DNA of 64,000 bases, taken from the human T2T-CHM13v2.0 reference genome, Homo sapiens. Position numbers and translations under genes: made by a program. Under the pieces are notes generated by a model. That model was not told where the DNA came from. It made no database searches and was given only the letters and a program-made list of their open reading frames with translations. Of the stretch, positions 28,378 through 44,000 are shown piece after piece. The DNA lies in the NCBI RefSeq assembly GCF_009914755.1, contig NC_060940.1. One strand, given 5' to 3'. The first letter of the stretch is position 1, and the number at the start of each line of letters is the position of its first letter.

Positions 28378-31300
28378 TTAGATGATGATACTATTTGAGC
28401 CCATCCAATGATTCCCTTCGATTCCATTCGATGAGGATTCCATTCGATTCAATTCATTGGTGATTCTATTCAATTCAATTCTTTGATTCCATTCCATTCC
28501 ATTCGACAATGATTCCATTCGATTTCTTTCGATGATTCCACTCGATTCCACTTGACATTGATTCCATTCGATTCCATTCAATGATTCCATTTGATTCCAG
28601 TGGATGATGATTGCCATCGATTCCATTCGATCACTCCATTCTATTCCATTTGATGATGATTACATTCGATTCCATTTGATGATTCCATCTGATTCTATTC
28701 GAGGATTCCATTTGATTCCATTCGATGATGATTCCATTCGAGTCCATTTGATGATTTCATTCGAGTACATCCAATGATTCCATTCGAGTCCATTAGATGA
28801 TTCCATTTGATTCCATTTGAAAATGATTCTACTAGAGTCCATTCAATGACTCCATTCGAGTCCATTCAACAATTCCATTCGACTCCATTCGATGATTCCA
28901 TTCGATTCCATTTGATGGTTCCATTCGAGTCCATTTAATCATTACAGTCGAGTCCATTTGGTGATTCCAATGGATTTCTTTTGATAATGATACCATTCCA
29001 ATACATTTGATGATGATCCCATTCAATTTCATTTGATGATGATTCCATTAGAGTCCATTCGATGATTTCATTCGAGTCCCTTCATTGATTCCATCCGATT
29101 TCATTGGATGATGACTCCATTCGAGTCCATTCGATGATTCCACTCGATTCCATTAGATGACTCCATTGGAGTCCATTTGATTGTTCCATTCGATTCCATT
29201 CGATTCCTTTCGAAGATTATTCCATTTGAGTCCATTCGATGATGATTCCATTCCATTCCATTCGATGATTCCGTTTGATTCCATTCGATGATTCCCTTCG
29301 ATTCCTTTCTTTGATGATTCCATTCCATTCCATTCAATGATTCCATTCGAATCTATTCCATGATGATTCCTTTCGATTCCATTCGCTGATGTTTCCGTTC
29401 AATTCCATTCGATGATGATTCCATTCGATTCCATTCATTGAGGATTCCATTTGATTCCATTCAATGATGATTCCATTCTATTCCATTCAATGATTGCATT
29501 CAATTCCATTCAATGATTATCCCATTAGAGTAAACTCAACGATTCCATTCAATACCATTCAATGATGATTCCTTTTGAGTCCATTCAATGATTTCATTCA
29601 AGTCCATTTGATGATTCCTTTCAATTCCATTCTATGATGATTCCATTCGAGTCCATTCGATGATTCCATTCGATTGCATTCGATGATTCCATTATATTCC
29701 ATTCAACGATGATTCCATTCGAGTCCATTCCATGATTCCATTAGAGTACATTTAATGATTGCTTTGTTTTCAATTCGAAGATGATTACATTGGATTCCAT
29801 TCTATGATACCATTCGATTCCATTCAATGATGATTCCACTCAAATCCATTGGATGATTCCATTCGTGTCCATTCGGTGATTTCATTAGATTCCATTCGAG
29901 GATGATTCCATTCGATTCCATTCGATGATTCCATTCAATTCCATTCGATGATGATTCCATTCCAGTCCATATGATCATTCCATTTGATTTCATTCGATGA
30001 TGATTCCATTCGATTCCTTTCGACGATTCCATTCTATTCCATTCGATGATGATTCCATTCGAGTCCATTCGATGATTCCATTCGAGTCCATTTAATGATT
30101 CCATTGGGTTCAATTCAATGATGATTACATTGGATTCCGTTCTATGATTCCATTCAATTCCGTTCATTGACAATTTGATTCCATTCGATGATGATTCCAT
30201 TTGAGTTCATTCGATGATTCTATTCGATTCTCTTCGATGGTGATTCAATTCTATTATATTGGATGATTCCATTCGATTCCATTTGATGTTGATTCAATTC
30301 GATTCTATTCGATGATGATTCCATTGGATTTCACTTGATGATTCTATTCGATTCCATTCAATGATGATTCACTTCTCGTCCATTGGATGATTCCATTTCA
30401 TTCCATTCGATGATGATTCCATTCGATTCCATTCGATGATTCCATTTGATTCCATGCGACGGTGAGCAATTCGATTCAATTCCATGATGATTCTATTTGA
30501 TTCAATTAGATGATGTTTCCATTCGAATCCATTCCATGATTATTCCATTGGAATCCATTCGGCGATGATTCCATATGAGTCAATTCAATGATGATTCCAT
30601 ATGGGTCCGTTCGATGATAATTCCATTTGATTTCATTCGATGCTTCTATTCTATTCCAGTCGATGATGATTCCGTTGGAGTCCATACGATGATTCCATTT
30701 GATTTCATTTGATGATGATTCCATTCGATGATGATTACATTGGATTCCATTCTATGATTCCATTCAATTCCATTCGTTGATGATTCGATTCCATTCAATG
30801 ATGATTCCATTTGAGTTCATTCGATGATTCTATTCGATTCCGTTCGATGGTGATTCAATTCTATTATATTGGATGATTCCACTCGATTCCATTTGATGAT
30901 TATTCCATTGGAGTCCACTTAGTGAATCCTTTAGATTCTACTCGACGATGATTCCATTCGAGTCCATTCGATGATACCATTCAATTCCATTCGTTGATGC
31001 TTCCATTCAAGTGCATTCGATGATATCATTCGATTCCATTTGATGATAATTCCATTTGATTCCATGCGATGATTCTATTCGATTCCATTCAATGATAATT
31101 CCATTCAATTCAGTGATTCCTCTGGACTCCATTTGATGATGATTCCATTCAATGATTCCATTCGATTCTATTCGAAAATGATTCCATTTGAATCCATTTG
31201 ATGATGATTCCATTAGATTCCATTTGATGATTCCATTCGATTCCATTCGACGATGATTCCATTCGATTCCGTTTGATGATTCCATTCTATTCTATTCGAT

Positions 31301-34300
31301 GATGATTCCATTCGATTCCATTCGATGATGATTGGATTCGATTCCATTTGATGATTTCATTTGATTCCATTCGTTAATGATTTCGATCAATTCCATTCGA
31401 TGATTCCATTCGATTCCATTCGATAATGATTACATCCGAGTCCATTCGATGATTCCCTTTGAGCCTGTTCGATAATTCCATTTGAGTCCAACCAATGATT
31501 CCATTCATTTCCATTCAATGATTCCATTCGAGTTCATTTGATCATTCCGGTAGGGTCCATTCGATGTTGATTCCATTGTAGTGCATTCGATGATTCCATT
31601 CGAGTCCATTTTAGGATTTGATTCGAGTCCTTTCGATGATTCCATTCGATTCCACTCGATGATGATTTCATTCGAGTCCATTCGACACTTCCAATCGATT
31701 CCATTTGATGATTCCATTCGAGTCCAATTGATGATTCCATTCAATTCCATTCGATGATGATTCCGTACGATTCCATTCTGTGATGATTCCATGTGATTGC
31801 ATTCAATGATGATTCCTTTCGATTGCATTCGATTATGATTCATTTCGTGTTCATTCTATGGTTCCACAGGTTTCCATTCGTGTCCATTCCATTATTCCAT
31901 TCTATTCCATTTGATGATGATTCCATTCGATTCCATTCATTGGTGATTCCACTCAATTCCATTCAATGATTCCATTCCATTTCTTTCAACAATGATTCCA
32001 TTAGTTTCTAATCGATGATCCACTTGATTCCATTTGACGACGATTCCATTCTTGTCCATTCGATGATTCCATTTGATTCCATATGATGATGATTCCATTC
32101 GATTCCATACCATGATGATTCCATTCGAGTCCATTCAATGGTGATTCCATTCAATTCCATTCGATGATTCCTTTTGATTCCATTCGATGATGATGGCATT
32201 CGATTCCTTTCAATCATTCCCTTTGATTCCATTCAAAGGTGATTTCATTCAAGTCCATTGGATAATTGCATTCGATTCCATTCTATGATGATTCCATTCG
32301 AGTCCATTTGATGATTCCATTCAATTCAAGTCAATGATGATTCCATTCGATTCCATTCGATGATTCCATTGGATTCCATTCGATGATGATTCCATTCAAA
32401 TCCATTCGATAATTCAATTCAAGTCCATTCGATGATGATTCCAATCGAATCCATTCAAAGATTCCATTCAGTTCCATTCGATGATTCCCTTAGATTCCAT
32501 TCGATGATTCCACTTGATTGCATTTACGATGATTCCATTCGATTCCATGTGATGATTCCATTCAATTCTATTCAATGATGTCTCCATTTGATTCCATTCG
32601 ACCATGATTGCCTTTGATTCCATTCAATGATTCCATTCGGTTCCGTTTGATGATGATTCTGTTCGATTCCATTTGATGATTCCATTTGATTCCATTGGAT
32701 GAGTCCATTCGATTACATTCGATGATTATTCCATTCGAGTGTATTAGATGATTCCATTCGAGTCCATTCGATGATTCCATTCGATTCCATTCGATGTTGA
32801 TTCTGTTCAAATCCATTCGATGATTCCACTCGATTCCATTCGTTGACTCCATTTGATCCCATTCGATGATTTCCTTTGATTCCCTTTGATGATCATTCCA
32901 TTTGATTCAATTCGGTGATTTCATTTGATTCCATTCAGTGATGTTTCCATTCGACTCCATTCGATGATGATTCCATTCGACTCCATTCGATTATGATTTC
33001 ATTCAATTCCATTCGATAATGATTCCCTTCGAGTCCATTCGATGATTCCATTCGATTCCATTCAACGATGATTTGATTCGTGTCCATTCGATGATTCCAT
33101 TTGATTCCACTTGATGATGATTCCATTCGAGTCCATTTGATGATTCCATTCAATTCCATACTCCGATGATTTCTTTTGAGCCCACTCAATGCTTCCACTC
33201 GATTCCATATGATGATGACTCCATTCGATGAAATTCGATGATGATTCCATTCGCTTGCTTTCGATGATGATTCCACTTGAGTCCGTTAGAAGATTCTATT
33301 CAATTACATTCCATGACGATTCCGTTCGAGTCCATTTGATGATTCCATTAGACTCCATTCGACGATGATTCCATTCGATGTTATTCCATGATTCCATTCG
33401 ATCTCATTCGATGATGATTCCATTCAACTCCATTCGATGTTTCCATTCGAGTTCATTCTATTATTCCATTAGATTCCATTCGATGATGATTCCATTCGAT
33501 TCCATTTGATGATTGCATTCTATTTCATTTGATGATGATTCCATTCGAGTCCACTCGATGATTCCATTCGAGTCCATTTAATGAATCCATTGGTTTCAAT
33601 TCTATGATGATTACATTGGATTCCATTCGTTGATGATTTCATTCGGTTCCATTCAATGATGATTCCATTCAATTCCTTTCAATGTTTCCATTCAATTCCA
33701 TACGATGATGATTCCATTTGATTTGATTCGACAGTGAGCCATTCGATTCAATTCCATGATGATTCTATTTGATTCAATTGGTTGACATTTCCATTCGATT
33801 CCATTCGACGATGATTCCCTTTGATTCCGTTCCAAGATGATTCCATTCTAGCCCATTCAATCATTCCATTCGATTCTATTCAATGATGATTCCATTCATG
33901 TCGATTTGGTGATTCCATTTGACTTCATTTGATGATGATTCCTTTCAAGTTCATTAGATGATTCCATTCGATTCCATTTGATGATGATCCCATTCGAGTC
34001 CATTCAGTGATTCCATTCGTTTCCATTCCATGATGATTCCATTCCTTTCCATTCAATGATTCCATTCGATTCCGTTTGATGATGATTTCATTCGAGTCCA
34101 TTTGATGATTCCATTTGATTCCATTCGATGATGATTCCATTCGAGTCCATTCGATGATTCTATTCGAATCCATTTGATGATTTCTTTTGATTATATTTGG
34201 TGATGATTCCATTGGAGTCCATTCAATGATTCCATTCTATTCCAATCGATGATGATTCCATTAGAGTCCATTTAATGATTCCATTTGATTCCAGTCTCTG

Positions 34301-34489
34301 ATGATTACATTCGAGTCCATACGATGATTCCACTCAATTCCATATGATGATGATTCCATTTGATTCCATTCGGTGATTCCATTCTATTCTATTCAATGGT
34401 GATTCCATTCGAGTACATTAGATGATTCCATTCGATTCCATTCAATGATGATTCTATTTGTGTCCCTTAGATGATTCCACATGATTCCA
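28378..34489. repeat. Higher-order unit U6, 6112 bp, haplotype B
   Basis: Anchor spacing 6112. B-type variants present, e.g. TTTGAAAATGATTC and GATGATACC in place of GATGGTACC. Confidence 0.9.
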
Positions 34490-37400
34490 TTAGATGATGA
34501 TACTATTTGAGCCCATCCAATGATTCCCTTCGATTCCATTCGATGAGGATTCCATTCGATTCAATTCATTGGTGATTCTATTCAATTCAATTCTTTGATT
34601 CCATTCCATTCCATTCGACAATGATTCCATTCGATTACTTTCGATGATTCCACTCGATTCCACTTGACATTGATTCCATTCGATTCCATTCAATGATTCC
34701 ATTTGATTCCAGTGGATGATGATTGCCATCGATTCCATTCGATCACTCCATTCTATTCCATTTGATGATGATTACATTCGATTCCATTTGATGATTCCAT
34801 CTGATTCTATTCGAGGATTCCATTTGATTCCATTCGATGATGATTCCATTCGAGTGCATTCGATGATTTCATTCGAGTACATCCAATGATTCCATTCGAG
34901 TCCATTAGATGATTCCATTTGATTCCATTTGAAAATGATTCTACTAGAGTCCATTCAATGACTCCATTCGAGTCCATTCAACAATTCCATTCGACTCCAT
35001 TCGATGATTCCATTCGATTCCATTTGATGGTACCATTCGAGTCCATTTCATCATTACAGTCGAGTCCATTTGGTGATTCCACTGGATTTCTTTTGATAAT
35101 GATACCATTCAATTACATTTGATGATGATCCCATTCAACTTCATTTGATGATGATTCCATTAGAGTCCATTCGATGATTTCATTCGAGTCCCTTCATTGA
35201 TTCCATCCGATTTCATTGGATGATGACTCCATTCGAGTCCATTCGATGATTCCACTCGATTCCATTAGATGACTCCATTGGAGTCCATTTGATTGTTCCA
35301 TTCGATTCCATTCGATTCCTTTCGAAGATTATTCCATTTGAGTCGATTCGATGATGATTCCATTCCATTCCATTCGATGATTCCGTTTGATTCCATTCGA
35401 TGATTCCCTTCGATTCCTTTCTTTGATGATTCCATTCCATTCCATTCAATGATTCCATTCGAATCTATTCCATGATGATTCCTTTCGATTCCATTCGCTG
35501 ATGTTTCCGTTCAATTCCATTCGATGATGATTCCATTCGATTCCATTCATTGAGGATTCCATTTGATTCCATTCAATGATGATTCCATTCTATTCCATTC
35601 AATGATTGCATTCAATTCCATTCAATGATTATCCCCTTAGAGTAAACTAAACGATTCCATTCAATACCATTCGATGATGATTCCTTTTGAGTCCATTCAA
35701 TGATTTCATTCAAGTCCATTTGATGATTCCTTTCAATTCCATTCTATGATGATTCCATTCGAGTCCATTCGATGATTCCATTCGATTGCATTCGATGATT
35801 CCATTATATTCCATTCAACGGTGATTCCATTCGAGTCCATTCCATGATTCCATTAGAGTACATTTAATGATTGCTTTGTTTTCAATTCGAAGATGATTAC
35901 ATTGGATTCCATTCTATGATACCATTCGATTCCATTCAATGATGATTCCACTCAAATCCATTGGATGATTCCATTCGTGTCCATTCGGTGATTTCATTAG
36001 ATTCCATTCGAGGATGATTCCATTCGATTCCATTCGATGATTCCATTCAATTCCATTCGATGATGATTCCATTCCAGTCCATATGATCATTCCATTTGAT
36101 TTCATTCGATGATGATTCCATTCGATTCCTTTCGACGATTCCATTCTATTCCATTCGATGATGATTCCATTCGAGTCCATTCGATGATTCCATTCGAGTC
36201 CATTTAATGATTCCATTGGGTTCAATTCAATTATGATTACATTGGATTCCGTTCTATGATTCCATTCAATTCCGTTCATTGACAATTTGATTCCATTCGA
36301 TGATGATTCCATTTGAGTTCATTCGATGATTCTATTCGATTCTCTTCGATGGTGATTCAATTCTATTATATTGGATGATTCCACTCGATTCCATTTGATG
36401 ATTATTCCATTGGAGTCCACTTAGTGAATCCTTTAGATTCTACTCGACGATGATTCCATTCGAGTCCATTCGATGATACCATTCAATTCCATTCGTTGAT
36501 GCTTCCATTCAAGTGCATTCGATGATATCATTCGATTCCATTTGATGATAATTCCATTTGATTCCATGCGATGATTCTATTCGATTCCATTCAATGATAA
36601 TTCCATTCAATTCAGTGATTCCTCTGGACTCCATTTGATGATGATTCCATTCAATGATTCCATTCGATTCTATTCGAAAATGATTCCATTTGAATCCATT
36701 TGATGATGATTCCATTAGATTCCATTTGATGATTCCATTCGATTCCATTCGACGATGATTCCATTCGATTCCGTTTGATGATTCCATTCTATTCTATTCG
36801 ACGATGATTCCATTCGATTCCATTTGATGTTGATTCAATTCGATTCTATTCGATGATGATTCCATTGGATTTCACTTGATGATTCTATTCGATTCCATTC
36901 AATGATGATTCACTTCTCGTCCATTGGATGATTCCATTTCATTCCATTCGATGATGATTCCATTCGATTCCATTCGATGATTCCATTTGATTCCATGCGA
37001 CGGTGAGCAATTCGATTCAATTCCATGATGATTCTATTTGATTCAATTAGATGATGTTTCCATTCGAATCCATTCCATGATTATTCCATTGGAATCCATT
37101 CGGCGATGATTCCATATGAGTCAATTCAATGATGATTCCATATGGGTCCGTTCGATGATAATTCCATTTGATTTCATTCGATGCTTCTATTCAATTCCAG
37201 TCGATGATGATTCCGTTGGAGTCCATACGATGATTCCATTTGATTTCATTTCATGATGATTCCATTCGATGACGATTACATTGGATTCCATTCTATGATT
37301 CCATTCAATTCCATTCGTTGATGATTCGATTCCATTCAATGATGATTCCATTTGAGTTCATTCGGTGATTCTATTCGATTCCATTCTATGGTGATTCAAT

Positions 37401-40400
37401 TCTCTTATATTGGATGATTCGACTCGATTCCATTTGATGATTATTCCATTGGAGTCCACTTAGTGAATCCTTTAGATTCTACTCGAAGATGATTCCATTC
37501 GAGTCCATTCGATGATACCATTCAATTCCATTCGTTGATGCTTCCATTCAAGTGCATTCGATGATATCATTCGATTCCATTTGATGATAATTCCATTTGA
37601 TTCCATGCGATGATTCTATTCGATTCCATTCAATGATAATTCCATTCAATTCAGTGATTCCTCTGGACTCCATTTGATGATGATTCCATTCAATGATTCC
37701 ATTCGATTCTATTCGAAAATGATTCCATTTGAATCCATTTGATGATGATTCCATTAGATTCCATTTGATGATTCCATTCAATTCCATTCGACGATGATTC
37801 CATTCGATTCCGTTTGATGATTCCATTCTATTCTATTCGATGATGATTCCATTCAATTCCATTTGATGATGATTGCATTCGATTCCATTGGATGATTTCA
37901 TTTGATTCCATTCGTTAATGATTTCGATCAATTCCATTCGATGATTCCATTCGATTCCATTCGATAATGATTACATCCGAGTCCATTCGATGATTCCATT
38001 TGAGCCTGTTCGATAATTCCATTTGAGTCCAATCAATGATTCCATTCATTTCCATTCAATGATTCCATTCGAGTCCATTTGATCATTCCGGTAGGGTCCA
38101 TTCGATGTTGATTCCATTGGAGTACATTCGATGATTCCATTCGAGTCCATTTTACGATTTGATTCGAGTCCTTTCGATGATTCCATTCGATTCCACTCGA
38201 TGATGATTTCATTCGAGTCCATTCGACACTTCCAATCGATTCCATTTGATGTTTCCATTCGAGTCCAATTGATGATTCCATTCAATTCCATTCGATGATG
38301 ATTCCGTACGTTTCCATTCTGTGATGATTCCATGTGATTGCATTCAATGATGATTCCTTTCGATTGCATTCGATTATGATTCATTTCGTGTTCATTCTAT
38401 GGTTCCACAGGTTTCCATTCGTGTCCATTCCATTATTCCATTTTATTCCATTTGATGATGATTCCATTCGATTCCATTCATTGGTGATTCCACTCAATTC
38501 CATTCAATGATTCCATTCCATTTCTTTCAACAATGATTCCATTACTTTCTAATCGATGATCCACTTGATTCCATTTGACGACGATTCCATTCTTGTCCAT
38601 TCGATGATTCCATTTCATTCCATATGATGATGATTCCATTCGATTCCATACGATGATGATTCCATTCGAGTCCATTCAATGGTGATTCCATTCAATTCCA
38701 TTCGATGATTCCTTTCGATTCCATTCGATGATGATGGCATTCGATTCCTTTCAATCATTCCCTTTGATTGCATTCAAAGGTGATTTCATTCAAGTCCATT
38801 TGATAATTGCATTCGATTCCATTCTATGATGATTCCATTCGAGTCCATTTGATGATTCCATTCAATTCAAGTCAATGATGATTCCATTCGATTCCATTCG
38901 ATGATTCCATTGGATTCCATTCGATGATGATTCCATTCAAATCCATTCGATAATTCAATTCAAGTCCATTCGATGATGATTCCAATCGAATCCATTCAAA
39001 GATTCCATTCAGTTCCATTCGATGATTCCCTTAGATTCCATTCGATGATTCCACTTGATTCCATTTACGATGATTCCATTCGATTCCATGTGATGATTCC
39101 ATTCAATTCTATTCAATGATGTTTCCGTTTGATTCCATTCGACCATGATTGCCTTTGATTCCATTCAATGATTCCATTCAGTTCCTTTTGATGATGATTC
39201 CATTCGATTCCATTTGATGATTCCATTTGATTCCATTGGATGAGTCCATTCGATTACATTCGATGATGATTCCATTCGAGTGCATTAGATGATTCCACTC
39301 GAGTCCATTCGATGATTCCATTCGATTCCATTCGATGTTGATTCTGTTCAAATCCATTCGATGATTCCACTCGATTCCATTCGATGACTCCATTTGATCC
39401 CATTCGATGATTTCCTTTGATTCCCTTTGATGATCATTCCATTTGATTCAATTCGGTGATTTCATTTGATTCCATTCAGTGATGTTTCCATTCGACTCCA
39501 TTCGATGATGATTCCATTCGACTCCATTCGATTATGATTTCATTCAATTCCATTCGATAATGATTCCCTTCGAGTCCATTCGATGATTCCATTCGATTCC
39601 ATTCAACGATGATTTGATTCGTGTCCATTCGATGATTCCATTTGATTCCACTTGATGATGATTCCATTCGAGTCCATTTGATGATTCCATTCAATTCCAT
39701 TCTCCGATGATTTCTTTTGAGCCCACTCAATGCTTCCACTCGATTCCATATGATGATGACTCCATTCGATGAAATTCGATGATGATTCCATTCGCTTGCT
39801 TTCAATGATGATTCCACTTGAGTCCGTTAGAAGATTCTATTCAATTACATTCCATGACGATTCTGTTCGAGTCCATTTGATGATTCCATTAGACTCCATT
39901 CGACGATGATTACATTCGATGTTATTCGATGATTCCATTCGATCTCATTCGTTGATGATTCCATTCAACTCTTTTCGATGTATCCATTCGAGTTCATTCT
40001 ATTATTCCATTAGATTCAATTCGATGATGATTCCATTCGATTCCATTTGATGATTGCATTCTATTTCATTTGATGATGATTCCATTCGAGTCCACTCGAT
40101 GATTCCATTCGAGTCCATTTAATGAATCCATTGGTTTCAATTCTATGATGATTACATTGGATTACATTCGTTGATGATTTCATTCGGCTCCATTCAATGA
40201 TGATTCTATTCAATTCCTTTCAATGTTTCCATTCAATTCCATACGATGATGATTACATTTGATTTGATTCGACAGTGAGCCATTCGATTTAATTCCATGA
40301 TGATTCTATTTTATTCAATTGGTTGACATTTCCATTCGATTCCATTCGATGATGATTCCATTTGATACCATTCAAAGATGATTCCATTCTAGCGCATTCA

Positions 40401-41030
40401 ATCATTCCATTCGATTCTATTCAATGATGATTCCATTCATGTCGATTTGGTGATTCCATTTGACTCCATTTGATGATGATTCCTTTCAAGTTCATTAGAT
40501 GATTCCATTCGATTCCATTTGATGATGACCCCATTCGAGTCCATTCAGTGATTCCATTCGTTTCCATTCCATGATGATTCCATTCCATTCCATTCAATGA
40601 TTCCATTCGATTCCGTTTGATGATGATTTCATTCGAGTCCATTTGATGATTCCATTTGATTCCATTCGATGATGACTCCATTCGAGTCCATTCGATGATT
40701 CTATTCGAATCCATTTGATGATTTCTTTTGATTATAGTTGGTGATGATTCCATTGGAGTCCATTCAATGATTCCATTCGATTCCAATCGATGGTGATTCC
40801 ATTAGAGTCCATTTAATGATTCCATTTGATTCCAGTCTCTGATGATTACATTCGAGTCCATGCGATGATTCCACTCAATTCCATATCATGATGATTCCAT
40901 TCGATTCCATTCGATGATACCATTCTATTATATTCAATGGTGATTCCATTCGAGTACATTAGATGATTCCATTCGATTCCATTCAATGATGATTCTATTT
41001 GTGTCCCTTAGATGATTCCACATGATTCCA
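34490..41030. repeat. Expanded unit U7, 6541 bp (6112 plus a 429-bp out-of-order duplicated segment)
   Basis: The landmark GGAGTCCACTTAGTGAATCCTTTAG occurs twice (about 36412 and 37451, lag 1039). The same 92-aa pseudo-ORF appears at 36509 and 37548. Confidence 0.9.
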
Positions 41031-44000
41031 TTAGATGATGATACTATTTGAGCCCATCCAATGATTCCCTTCGATTCCATTCGATGAGGATTCCATTCGA
41101 TTCAATTCATTGGTGATTCTATTCAATTCAATTCTTTGATTCCATTCCATTCCATTCGACAATGATTCCATTCGATTTCTTTCGATGATTCCACTCGATT
41201 CCACTTGACATTGATTCCATTCGATTCCATTCATTGATTCCATTTGATTCCAGTGGGTGATGATTGCCATCGATTCCATTCGATCACTCCATTCTATTCC
41301 ATTTGATGATGATTACATTCGATTCCATTTGATGATTCCATCTGATTCTATTCGAGGATTCAATTTGATTCCATTCGATGATGATTCCATTCGAGTACAT
41401 TCGATGATTTCATTCGAGTACATCCAATGATTCCATTCGAGTCCATTTGATGATTCCATTTGATTCCATTTGATTATGATTCTACTAGAGTCCATTCAAT
41501 GACTCCATTCGAATCCATTCAACAATTCCATTCGACTCCATTCGATGATTCCATTCGATTCCATTTGATGATTCCATTGGGTTCAATTCAATGATGATTA
41601 CATTGGATTCCGTTCTATGATTCCATTCAATTCCGTTCATTGACAATTTGATTCCATTCGATGATGATTCCATTTGAGTTCATTCGATGATTCTATTCGA
41701 TTCTCTTCGATGGTGATTCAATTCTATTATATTGGATGATTCCATTCGATTCCATTTGATGTTGATTCAATTCGATTCTCTTCGATGATGATTCCATTGG
41801 ATTTCACTTGATGATTCTATTCGATTCCATTCAATGATGATTCACTTCTCGTCCATTGGATGATTCCATTTCATTCCATTCGATGATGATTCCATTCGAT
41901 TCCATTCGATGATTCCATTTGATTCCATGCGACGGTGAGCAATTCGATTCAATTCCATGATGATTCTATTTGATTCAATTAGATGATGTTTCCATTCGAA
42001 TCCATTCCATGATTATTCCATTGGAATCCATTCGGCGATGATTCCATATGAGTCAATTCAATGATGATTCCATATGGGTCCGTTCGATGATAATTCCATT
42101 TGATTTCATTCGATGCTTCTATTCAATTCCAGTCGATGATGATTCCGTTGGAGTCCATACGATGATTCCATTTGATTTCATTTCATGATGATTCCATTCG
42201 ATGACGATTACATTGGATTCCATTCTATGATTCCATTCAATTCCATTCGTTGATGATTCGATTCCATTCAATGATGATTCCATTTGAGTTCATTCGGTGA
42301 TTCTATTCGATTCCATTCTATGGTGATTCAATTCTCTTATATTGGATGATTCGACTCGATTCCATTTGATGATTATTCCATTGGAGTCCACTTAGTGAAT
42401 CCTTTAGATTCTACTCGAAGATGATTCCATTCGAGTCCATTCGATGATACCATTCAATTCCATTCGTTGATGCTTCCATTCAAGTGCATTCGATGATATC
42501 ATTCGATTCCATTTGAGGATAATTCCATTTGATTCCATGCGATGATTCTATTCGATTCCATTCAATGATAATTCCATTCAATTCAGTGATTCCTCTGGAC
42601 TCCATTTGATGATGATTCCATTCAATGATTCCATTCGATTCTATTCGAAAATGATTACATTTGAATCCATTTGATGACGATTCCATTCCATTCCATTTGA
42701 TGATTCCATACTATTCTATTCGATGATGATTCCATTCGATTCCATTCGATGATGATTGGATTCGATTCCATTTGATGATTTCATTTGATTCCATTCGTTA
42801 ATGATTTCGATCAATTCCATTCGATGATTCCATTCGATTCCATTCGATAATGATTACATCCGAGTCCATTCGATGATTCCATTCGAGCCTGTTCGATAAT
42901 TCCATTTGAGTCCAACCAATGATTCCATTCATTTCCATTCAATGATTCCATTCGAGTCCATTTGATCATTCTGGTAGGGTCCGTTCGATGTTGATTCCAT
43001 TGGAGTGCATTCGATGATTCCATTCGAGTCCATTTTAGGATTTGATTCGAGTCCTTTCGATGATTCCATTCGATTCCACTCGATGATGATTTCATTCGAG
43101 TCCATTCGACACTTCCAATCGATTCCATTTGATGATTCCATTCGAGTCCAATTGATGATTCCATTCAATTCCATTCGATGATGATTCCGTACGATTCCAT
43201 TCTGTGATGATTCCATGTGATTGCATTCAATGATGATTCCTTTCGATTGCATTCGATTATGATTCATTTCGTGTTCATTCTATGGTTCCACAGGTTTCCA
43301 TTCGTGTCCATTCCATTATTCCATTCTATTCCATTTGATGATGATTCCATTCGATTCCATTCATTGGTGATTCCACTCAATTCCATTCAATGATTCCATT
43401 CCATTTCTTTCAACAATGATTCCATTAGTTTCTAATCGAGGATCCACTTGATTCCATTTGACGACGATTCCATTCTTGTCCATTCGATGATTCCATTTGA
43501 TTCCATATGATGATGATTCCATTCGATTCCATACCATGATGATTCCATTCGAGTCCATTCAATGGTGATTCCATTCAATTCCATTCGATGATTCCTTTCG
43601 ATTCCATTCGATGATGATGGCATTCGATTCCTTTCAATCATTCCCTTTGATTCCATTCAAAGGTGATTTCATTCAAGTCCATTGGATAATTGCATTCGAT
43701 TCCATTCTATGATGATTCCATTCGAGTCCATTTCATGATTCCATTCAATTCAAGTCAATGATGATTCCATTCGATTCCATTCGATGATTCCATTGGATTC
43801 CATTCGATGATGATTCCATTCACATCCATTCGATAATTCAATTCAAGTCCATTCGATGATGATTCCAATCGAATCCATTCAAAGATTCCATTCAGTTCCA
43901 TTCGATGATTCCCTTGGATTCCATTCGATGATTCCACTTGATTGCATTTACGATGATTCCATTCGATTCCATGTGATGATTCCATTCAATTCTATTCAAT

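Noticed and set aside
34919-35122. The only plus-strand ORF (67 aa)
   Set aside because: It arises from chance loss of a stop in U7 (TTTAATC to TTTCATC near 35048) and is absent from the other units.
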